Under the pieces are notes generated by a model that saw nothing but the letters and a program-made list of their open reading frames with translations, was not told the DNA's origin and made no database searches. Both the position numbers and the translations under genes were made by a program. Source: a virus. From it: a stretch of 64,000 nucleotides of DNA. The stretch lies in the IMG/VR virus record IMGVR_UViG_3300033977_000098, positions 1 through 64,000 of that record; one strand, given 5' to 3'. The first letter of the stretch is position 1; each line of letters begins with the position of its first letter. Positions 17,630-25,147 of this stretch are shown in pieces.

Positions 17630-20600
17630 TCACCCGGCTTCGGGCGCTTTTTGTCCAATCATGCTGGCAGGGCCCTGCTCGATTACGCCCGCGTCATTGA
17701 TGAACACATGCGCGCCACGAATGGTCACCCAGCCCTTGCCCAAGGCTTTGTTGAAACTGACCGCAATGACGGCGCAATCGCAGTTCTTGACCACAATACC
17801 GCCTATGTTGTATATATGAGAAGTGGTGGATGCGTCAAAAGCCCAGCCATGAAATCGCCCAACTTGAGTCTGAAGAATTCGCGCCGCCTTAAAGAACGGT
17901 GGTCCCGGTTCACAGCAGAGCAGCGCAAGATCATCCTGGCACCCGCTCACGCCGCTGCCAGCGTTGCCAACAGGGCTCGCATGAAAGAATTTTGGCGCAC
18001 TGCTACGCTCAGCCAACGTCGAAAGATGCTTGAACCTGCCCACGCTGCTGCGCGCGGTCGCAAAGAACGCCTGGAATCCAAGTTGGCACGTGCCGCAACT
18101 CGCTACATGCGCGCCGTCGGGATAGGCCCCCGAGAGCGGGCATTTGCAAAGATGCTCAAGTTCGCTGGAATCAAGTTCCGACAGCAAACTCCTTGCGGGC
18201 CTTACAGCTTGGACTTCACCATAGACGAAAGTTTCGTCGCCGTGGAAATACGAACGGGGAGCAGCAACAAACGAGTAGCCAAAGCGGCCGCGCAGAGACT
18301 CAAAAGCGTCCTGGATCAATGGCACCTGTTCGAGGTTCGGTTCCATAGCGGGCATCCTCGCCGATTCCATGCGCATGTCATAAAGCAACTCGTCACCTTT
18401 CTTCAGTTCGTGCGCAAACAAGAAACCACGGCAGGTCAACATTGGGTGGTTAGGCCCGATGGTCAGTTTTATCCGTTCCGAGCCTATGGGCCGCGTAGGC
18501 CAGCCGTGATCACCAGGGAGCAATTGGCGCTCGTCGAGCGCCTCTTTAAGCTTAACGTCTCGTTGCGGAACATCCGTCGTGAAACTGGAGTAGCTCGGCG
18601 ACGACTGCCCGCAGTTCTCAGCCAACTCCAGCTCCAGCGCAATCGCGGGGCCGTGGTATGGCGCACCAAGCATTTGCTGAAGTCTGCCATAGGGCGCAAA
18701 AACTGAGCCTTCAAATACCGCGTTGGGATGTGCCGGGGGGGCCTCTACGTCCACGCCAGGGAAGGTTTCGCCTAGCGAAACGACCTCTCCATTCGCATCC
18801 TTACAGTCATCGCACGTGTTGGGCTCAACCGAAGTCTGCCATTGAAGTTTTTTTACTACCCCGCTGTCTTTCCAGACATCATAGTTCGCGTGGCATTGGG
18901 CGCGTGCGACCTCGGTGCGGGCAATCATCTCGGCGCGGGAATCAGAGAACGCGCCCGCCTCGCGGATTTGCTCGATAAGGTCGGGCATTGGAGTTTCTTT
19001 GCCGAAAGCATCCGTCACGATGCTGCGGAGATCGTCCCGCGTGGTATCACTGATGGCCCACTTCGCGTCGGCATTCTCGACGAACGTCCCATCTTCCAGT
19101 TTGTGCATTCCCACCAGTTCGGCCGCGCGTTCATCCGCCCAATCTTGTGCGCCTTGGTTCAGGGCAGAGATCATGTCGTCGTCCGTCAAGTCCAGTTCAG
19201 CTACACCTTTCCCGATGCCTGCGAACGCGGCGTGTCGCAGCGGGGGCGCTGCCTCCATTGGGATCTCGCCGAAAAGTTCCTGAAGCGCCTCGAAAATCGC
19301 ATCTGCGATGTTGATGGCGTCATCGTCCTGCTTAGCCAAATCGAACTCCTCGATTTTCTTTTTTCCATTCTTAAAGGGGATAGTGCGGATGCGCTCGAAA
19401 TCATCCGGGTCCGCCTGGCGCGCCCGATAACTGGAATCTGTTTCCTGAATCTCCGTTTTGAAGTCATGGTCCTTCAGCCATGCGCGCACATCTTCTTTTG
19501 TCCACGCATCCTTCGGCATGAAGAGGATCGACTGCGCCTCTGTCCGCCCACCTTCCGGACCCTTTTCGGAAGGCTTGCGAACGCCCACCGTTGCCGAAAT
19601 GCGCCGCGCCGCTTTCCCGAAGCCATCCACAATCAGGGCGTGCACCATCTCATCATGGACCTTCAGCAAGCGGTCAGCCTTTTCCTTGGCGCGGTCGCGC
19701 TGCCGGCGAAAAACTTTCTTGATAATTTCTGCCAGCTCGCGCTCCGCTTCCTGGAGGGCGGGCGTGGAATGCGAGGGGTCGATTTTGATGTTGGCCGCCT
19801 TCGCTAGTGGCAGGGAGCGGCTCTTAGTGGAAACGCTTGGTGCTTTGTCAATTAACTCGTCGCACGTCCCGCACTTGAATTGGCGCACTTGCTCATCGGC
19901 TGGCCCGAAATCGTTGCAGCAGCCCAGCTCCTTTGAGACACCACCTTTGACATAGACGGTTTTGCAATCGGCGTCTTTGACGGCACCTGGGAACTCCATG
20001 TACCCGGCGTCTTCTTCAGGCTTGCGAGAATCGCGTTTGAGAATCGTAAGCGTCTGCGCGCCACCAGTGGCTTTCCAATACGGTTGGAAATTCTTGACCG
20101 CCTCGATGAATTCCGGCGTCCACTCGCCCAGGAACTGGGTGGCTTTGTCGTCCACAAACTCGTGCGCCATGACCGGCTTGACGTTCGTGATGTCCAGTAC
20201 GTAGGCGCTCGCCTTGTTTTGTTGCAGCGCCACCCACACGGGTCCGAAGTCTGTCCGCGCTGTGAAGATCAAGATATCAAAATCCTTAGACAACTCCCGC
20301 AGGGCGTCCACGGCGCCGTCGATAAACTCCGTGATCGCCGTCGGGTCGTCGGGGTCGCCGACTTGAATGGTGGAATCGAAGTCGAGGCAGAGAAGGGGCT
20401 TTTGCAGCAAATCGGTTAGCGCCTTGACGAGTTCGCGCTCATAGGCGGCTGTCGGCATTTGCTGCAAGCCTTCATGTTTCACATAAACATTAGCATTGCT
20501 CAACTCCGTTGGCAAATCCTCTTCCACGATAAGGCTGTCCGACGCGATGGCAATGCCATCGGCCCGCACCAATAAGTTGGCGAGGTTGGTAAGTGTGTTC

Positions 20601-20797
20601 CGCACATCAGCGCTCACGTTGCCCTGCGCCGCAAACAGCGCCGCCTTGCGTAACGCTTCAGGGTCCGTGCTGTACCCCTGGTCGCAGAACTTCTGTAGTT
20701 CGCTGGGCCCCTCGCCAACCGCCGCGCAGAGGTCAGACCAGCCTCTACCTGAAGCCAGCGGACCTACGTAGTCAGTGCCGAACAATGATATACTCAT
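17630..20797 (-). CDS. Multidomain MuF/gpF head morphogenesis protein with a HAD domain and an intein
   Basis: SRAEMIARTE, W..CDDC, PPAHPN/CDC; DFDST..FTAR..VDDK HAD; GAGGTG SD before ATG 20797. Confidence 0.85.
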   Translation of the reverse strand: MSISLFGTDYVGPLASGRGWSDLCAAVGEGPSELQKFCDQGYSTDPEALRKAALFAAQGNVSADVRNTLTNLANLLVRADGIAIASDSLIVEEDLPTELSNANVYVKHEGLQQMPTAAYERELVKALTDLLQKPLLCLDFDSTIQVGDPDDPTAITEFIDGAVDALRELSKDFDILIFTARTDFGPVWVALQQNKASAYVLDITNVKPVMAHEFVDDKATQFLGEWTPEFIEAVKNFQPYWKATGGAQTLTILKRDSRKPEEDAGYMEFPGAVKDADCKTVYVKGGVSKELGCCNDFGPADEQVRQFKCGTCDELIDKAPSVSTKSRSLPLAKAANIKIDPSHSTPALQEAERELAEIIKKVFRRQRDRAKEKADRLLKVHDEMVHALIVDGFGKAARRISATVGVRKPSEKGPEGGRTEAQSILFMPKDAWTKEDVRAWLKDHDFKTEIQETDSSYRARQADPDDFERIRTIPFKNGKKKIEEFDLAKQDDDAINIADAIFEALQELFGEIPMEAAPPLRHAAFAGIGKGVAELDLTDDDMISALNQGAQDWADERAAELVGMHKLEDGTFVENADAKWAISDTTRDDLRSIVTDAFGKETPMPDLIEQIREAGAFSDSRAEMIARTEVARAQCHANYDVWKDSGVVKKLQWQTSVEPNTCDDCKDANGEVVSLGETFPGVDVEAPPAHPNAVFEGSVFAPYGRLQQMLGAPYHGPAIALELELAENCGQSSPSYSSFTTDVPQRDVKLKEALDERQLLPGDHGWPTRPIGSERIKLTIGPNHPMLTCRGFLFAHELKKGDELLYDMRMESARMPAMEPNLEQVPLIQDAFESLRGRFGYSFVAAPRSYFHGDETFVYGEVQAVRPARSLLSELDSSELEHLCKCPLSGAYPDGAHVASCGTCQLGFQAFFATARSSVGRFKHLSTLAERSSAPKFFHASPVGNAGSGVSGCQDDLALLCCEPGPPFFKAARILQTQVGRFHGWAFDASTTSHIYNIGGIVVKNCDCAVIAVSFNKALGKGWVTIRGAHVFINDAGVIEQGPASMIGQKAPEAG
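17783..18721 (-). mobile_element. Intein in MuF (313 aa, Ala start, ends KN/C)
   Basis: Removal restores PPAHPN-CDC; blocks AVFEGS, LTIGPNHPMLTCRGF..A.EL..GD, AFDAST, VVKN. Confidence 0.8.
17849..18706 (+). CDS. Antisense nested Vsr/DUF559-like endonuclease with repeats and an HTH
   Basis: E..FAKML..GIKFRQQ..GPYSLDF..FVAVEI; duplicated W....QR....PAHAAA; C-terminal HTH. Confidence 0.7.
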   Translation: MKSPNLSLKNSRRLKERWSRFTAEQRKIILAPAHAAASVANRARMKEFWRTATLSQRRKMLEPAHAAARGRKERLESKLARAATRYMRAVGIGPRERAFAKMLKFAGIKFRQQTPCGPYSLDFTIDESFVAVEIRTGSSNKRVAKAAAQRLKSVLDQWHLFEVRFHSGHPRRFHAHVIKQLVTFLQFVRKQETTAGQHWVVRPDGQFYPFRAYGPRRPAVITREQLALVERLFKLNVSLRNIRRETGVARRRLPAVLSQLQLQRNRGAVVWRTKHLLKSAIGRKN

Positions 20798-21409
20798 CGG
20801 TATCCACCTCATCGACCTTACTGGACAGCGGTTTGGTAAGCTCGTCGTTCTGCGACGGAGCCCGAAGCTGGTAGCGTATGGTTCGCTTTGGGAGTGTCTC
20901 TGTGACCATCGTCTCCATCCTCTTGGATGCCTCGGCAGGCCATAAACCTGGAAGATGCGAACCACAGTTATTTCCGTGCGCCTAATACGCTTAGCAACCT
21001 GCTTCAACGTGAGACCCGCCATGTAGAGCTGGTGCATCGGCCGCACGACCTCGATGGGCCACAACGTTGTGCGGCGGCGATTCAGGCGCGGACCGCGCGA
21101 GCCAGTCGGACGTCTCTCTACGCCGAATCGCCGCAATGCATACAAAATCGCAGTATGATGGACGCCATACCGGTCCGCAAGCTGGTGAAGCGTCCAACCT
21201 TTCCGGTAAAGCTGCGCGCATTCCTGTAACGGCACTGTGGCGTGAAACGGGCGTATGGGAAAGCCGTTGCGCGCGAAGAGCTGACGGACCCGTTCGCGGG
21301 ACAGGCCGATGCGCCGCGCCACTTCCGCGACCGTGAGCCCTGCGACGTGAAGCCGATGCAGCTTTCGGATGTGCTCTGTGGTCCATCTTCGAGCATGTTC
21401 ACTTCGCAT
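20798..21409 (-). CDS. Triple-HTH DNA-binding module, in frame with MuF and with no stop between them
   Basis: Three repeats of LY..G.T...VA.R.G. Confidence 0.6.
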
Positions 21410-22823
21410 CGGGATTCTCCAAAAAGCTACCATCATCAAGTTTGTGTAGAGCAAACGGCGATGTGATTTTGCTGATAAATGCCCGAAGCTGCTTGAGGTT
21501 TTTGAGCGGGGTCATCTGCCCTATTCGGAACGCCCCCATGCCTTCGTGCACGAATATCTTTTCACCCCCCCCTCGGTTGTCGATGAGTACGCAATAGCCT
21601 TTCGCACGATTCTGCGTCAGGTCTTCTAGCTTTCTCTCTCGGCATTCTGGCCGCATGTTGATGCGCACGTTCGTCAGCTTCTTGCCCAACAGCGTCTTGA
21701 CCTCAAGCCCGACCTTACCGCCCCCGGCGCGCACGTAGATATCGAGGGGGGAATTGTCTGGTGTGCGCTCACCGCCTACCGCCTCCGCAACGCGCTGTTC
21801 GTTCGCATCCGCCTTGCGCTGGTGCGCCTTCAAGGCCGGCTTGAAGTTCTTAAGCGCGGCCGTGCACTTGTCGGCAACCAGCGAGCCATCTGGCTTGAGC
21901 TGGTGGCCTACCATGCTGTGGGGGCCGTGCGTGATGCGCCCAGCCTCGTCGATAAACACGTGGGCACCGCGGATCGTGACCCAGCCTTTACTAACTGGTT
22001 GCGGCGCCGCGCCCTCTGTCCATCGTCCGTGCTCATCACGCGGCTGGTCCGGCGAATACTTGCTCAAGCTTTCCCACGCTGTTAACGCCTTGTTCACGCC
22101 GAAGCGTGCGCCAATAGCGTCGCGCCGGCCGATGAGCGCGTTCGCGTATTTCCCGGACAGCCCAGCTTCGTTCACTAGCTCGCGGATCGTGTCGTCATCA
22201 AGGGTGGCGACGAGGTGTTGCGCCTGGGCTTGCAATTCGTCATCAGTGAACCCCGCAAATATTGGTGCCGCATCAGGCGCCGTTTCCCGGTCCCGCATTG
22301 AATCAATCTCCGGGACTATTATTGCTGAAACGTCCTTATCCTGGCCTTGGGCTCGGAACGCGAACGTGCTTCCATTGTCGATGCGCAGATCGCGGCCATC
22401 AACACGTAGGATATTGCGGCCGCTGCTGCCGATGACATCGTGGTTAGCAAGGAGACAATCTGTAAGAAACCCGTCGCGCACGTCGGGGCTTTCGGCCAGT
22501 TCGTCACTGTCCAACTGTTCGCCTTCGACCATCTTGCCCGCGATGCCCAGGCCGCTCGCCTCGCCCCACCCGGCGTGGCCGGAAACGAGCTGCTTCTCTG
22601 GGACCGGCAATCCTACCGTGCGGTAAACCAGCGTCGCCAATAGTTCGGCGCGAGATTGCTCAGGGTCAAGCTGAGGGAACTTGACGTACCACTGCTGTCC
22701 GCTCTCGTCCTCGTAGACGCCGCCAGGATTTGAGCCTTTGTGCTGGCTGACGTGCCACCAGGAAGCAATGGACTCAGGTGCGCTCGCCTTGGTGAGCGTT
22801 CCGGCAATGAGAGAAGCGTCCAA
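21399..22823 (-). CDS. HipA/PI3K-like kinase + MuF-type linker motifs + PD-(D/E)xK nuclease
   Basis: GSNPGG..YVKF, AELLA, LANHDVIG..NIL..RIDNG; YSPDQPRDEHGRWT; PLDIYV..GLEVKT. Confidence 0.75.
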   Translation of the reverse strand: MDASLIAGTLTKASAPESIASWWHVSQHKGSNPGGVYEDESGQQWYVKFPQLDPEQSRAELLATLVYRTVGLPVPEKQLVSGHAGWGEASGLGIAGKMVEGEQLDSDELAESPDVRDGFLTDCLLANHDVIGSSGRNILRVDGRDLRIDNGSTFAFRAQGQDKDVSAIIVPEIDSMRDRETAPDAAPIFAGFTDDELQAQAQHLVATLDDDTIRELVNEAGLSGKYANALIGRRDAIGARFGVNKALTAWESLSKYSPDQPRDEHGRWTEGAAPQPVSKGWVTIRGAHVFIDEAGRITHGPHSMVGHQLKPDGSLVADKCTAALKNFKPALKAHQRKADANEQRVAEAVGGERTPDNSPLDIYVRAGGGKVGLEVKTLLGKKLTNVRINMRPECRERKLEDLTQNRAKGYCVLIDNRGGGEKIFVHEGMGAFRIGQMTPLKNLKQLRAFISKITSPFALHKLDDGSFLENPDAK

Positions 22824-22825
22824 AT

Positions 22826-23224
22826 CTAGTGCCCCGACTTCCTCACAAGTGCCGCCGTGTCTTCAGATGCCGTGCCGGTTATGCCAACCGTGAGCAACGC
22901 GGCAGGGTTGACAACAAATTCCCAATCCACTAGGCCCGTGCCGGTCATTCCAAGACTCCCCCATACGAACTCGCCCAAGTCAATGCCGGAGGCCGCTAGC
23001 GGCTGGAAGCCGTCAAAAACGTAATTGTCGTCGTTTTGATTGGTTGGGCCAGCATCCAGCACCGAGGCAAGGATGGATTTACTATTTGCCAGGTTCGTGA
23101 CGCGCACAACTTTGTTGAACGCACGGATGGATGGCAACGCCACGAACGGCGTGGTCGTGTCGATGAGCCGTCCCGTGAACGTCTTCCCTCCCACGTTACC
23201 TTTTCTCGTTGCAATCACGTGCAT
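22826..23224 (-). CDS. RlpA-like double-psi beta-barrel protein
   Basis: FVALP..VRVTN..VLDAGP..IDL. Confidence 0.65.
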   Translation of the reverse strand: MHVIATRKGNVGGKTFTGRLIDTTTPFVALPSIRAFNKVVRVTNLANSKSILASVLDAGPTNQNDDNYVFDGFQPLAASGIDLGEFVWGSLGMTGTGLVDWEFVVNPAALLTVGITGTASEDTAALVRKSGH

Positions 23225-24672
23225 CAGAGCACCTCCGTTTGACGAATCAGAATAGTTACCCGCTGGACGGGATAGCTGAAGCCTGACGGCCGCATGAATC
23301 CCACTTCCTGCTTTCCGATGTTCTCCACCTTGAACTCACCGTGCGTCACAACCTCGCCCTGGTCTCGGTCTGCCAGCGCGTCCAGTGCAATGCCTTTCAC
23401 TGGCCCCTGCGTCTTCAGGATGTATTCGTAATTGAGCGCCTTGCCCTTCTCGGCAAAGTGCAACGCCATCTTATCCCGGAGCGAGAATGAAACGAGCCGG
23501 TCGAGAGTGAGCGTATCCCCGGCTTTTAGAAGTTCCAAGTCTTTTATCGGCTGGTCGCCGTGGAGCCCGCGGTAGAGCGTGATGTCGCGCTCGGGCGCCT
23601 TGCGGATGTACTCGACGAACCGCTTTGCGGCGCGTGCGGCGATCTCGGCCGACGCCTGAACGGGCTGCCCATCTAGCCGCTTGTGCTCGTCTTTGTAGTC
23701 AAACCGATAGCGGGCATCAGCGGCGCGTGCCAGCAGCCAGCCCGCCAAGCCTTCGTCGCCTCTGTGGATGTATTGCTGGGAAGCATCGCTGACGGCCCGG
23801 CTCCATTGCACGACGGGCGAATAAGCACATGCCGCTTCAATGTCCTTTTGCAATTCTGGGTCTTCTTGGCTCCGCTCAGCCAGCTCGGCACTTACGGCTG
23901 CCCGCTCCTCGCGGGACCAGCTCGGATCCATCTCGTGAATCAGATAGCCGCCCTCCCACTCCGGGCTTTCTTTCGCGTACTTGGAAAGTTCACGATCGTA
24001 ATAATTTTTATGACGTTTGCCAAGCGCCTCTTGGAATGCCAGCACTTTGCCATTCTTTTGGCACAGTTTTGCCATAGTTATTTTTGCGAGATGCTCGCGC
24101 AACACGGCAAGAACCTCATGGTCTGCCGTCTCGGCGCCGCGCACGTCCAACAGTAAGTCGCTTAGGCTCCTGACGGGAGCGAGCACGACGCGCTCGGACT
24201 CCATGTCGCCGTCCCAAGGCGCACCACTGACCCGGTGTCCCACGTAGTAGCGGGTGGAATAAAAATCACCGAGCCATGAATCAACTGCCGCGATGATGCC
24301 GCTCTCCTCCCACGTTTCGCGGATCGCCGCGTGCTGCGGGGATTCGTCGTCTTGGAGATGTCCCTTGGGAAAAGTGTTGACATAGCCGCCGTACTGGTCG
24401 GCTGGGGATACCAGCCAGACCCGGCCATCCGGCTCGAGAACGACAATGCCCGCTGAATCGAATGTAGCGATAGGCTCTTCGATGCCGTCGCTGATAAGTT
24501 GCGCGTAATCGGGTTCGATGACGCTGAGGAAAGGAATGCCGTTCAGCTCGATGGGGGCATGGTCATCCGGCGTCCACGACATGACGGCGCCGGCAATGAT
24601 TGCCTTGAGCTGAGCGTACAGGGCCCGCCGCACGGCGTGGATTTGCTCAACGATGGCAGGACTCTCATTCAC
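23224..24672 (-). CDS. Nudix hydrolase fused to an R-S-E ADP-ribosyltransferase
   Basis: FPKG......AAIRETWEESG Nudix box; LYRG..SFS..QGEVV. Confidence 0.8.
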   Translation of the reverse strand: MNESPAIVEQIHAVRRALYAQLKAIIAGAVMSWTPDDHAPIELNGIPFLSVIEPDYAQLISDGIEEPIATFDSAGIVVLEPDGRVWLVSPADQYGGYVNTFPKGHLQDDESPQHAAIRETWEESGIIAAVDSWLGDFYSTRYYVGHRVSGAPWDGDMESERVVLAPVRSLSDLLLDVRGAETADHEVLAVLREHLAKITMAKLCQKNGKVLAFQEALGKRHKNYYDRELSKYAKESPEWEGGYLIHEMDPSWSREERAAVSAELAERSQEDPELQKDIEAACAYSPVVQWSRAVSDASQQYIHRGDEGLAGWLLARAADARYRFDYKDEHKRLDGQPVQASAEIAARAAKRFVEYIRKAPERDITLYRGLHGDQPIKDLELLKAGDTLTLDRLVSFSLRDKMALHFAEKGKALNYEYILKTQGPVKGIALDALADRDQGEVVTHGEFKVENIGKQEVGFMRPSGFSYPVQRVTILIRQTEVL

Positions 24673-24919
24673 TCCGCCCCCGCTCTGCGGCTTGCAGAAT
24701 GGCGAAACCTTTTGCTAATCGGAAGGGAATTCTTCTGGTCGTGAGCGAAACCACGTCCGGCTCAGAGTAAGTGCCGATTCGTCCCTTTGCCGTCTTGTCA
24801 TTTGGGCCGAGCGTGCAACAGCATTCTGATAAGTGGATGCAGTAGGGGCAGCTAGTGTATCCCGACCCGTAAAAACCGTCGGCCTGGTCGTTAGGATGCG
24901 CAATAATATCGTGAGACAT
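24665..24919 (-). CDS. Small Cys-rich hypothetical protein
   Basis: Coupled ORF with CPYC. Confidence 0.4.
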   Translation of the reverse strand: MSHDIIAHPNDQADGFYGSGYTSCPYCIHLSECCCTLGPNDKTAKGRIGTYSEPDVVSLTTRRIPFRLAKGFAILQAAERGRSE

Positions 24920-24922
24920 AAT

Positions 24923-25147
24923 TCAATCCGGCACGCGAAATTTCCGAGCCGGCTTGCTTCGCGGCTCGGGTGACCGCTGCGTTTCGGCCGGAGGCAGAGG
25001 TCGCGGTGGTACAAAGCCGTTGCGCACCGGCTCAAGCGGTGGCATAACGAACGGCGGAGGCCACAGAGCAAACCCCAGAGTGTTTGCAGTCGTACATATA
25101 AAGTGAATTTCGCTCCCGTCGCCACCATTTCCTGGGTAGTCCCTCAT
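24923..25147 (-). CDS. Small hypothetical protein
   Basis: Starts immediately after the portal stop. Confidence 0.4.
   Translation of the reverse strand: MRDYPGNGGDGSEIHFICTTANTLGFALWPPPFVMPPLEPVRNGFVPPRPLPPAETQRSPEPRSKPARKFRVPD

Noticed and set aside
13100-19807. Long plus-strand ORFs opposite the capsid, protease and MuF genes (other than 17849-18706)
   Set aside because: High-GC antisense artefacts without domains
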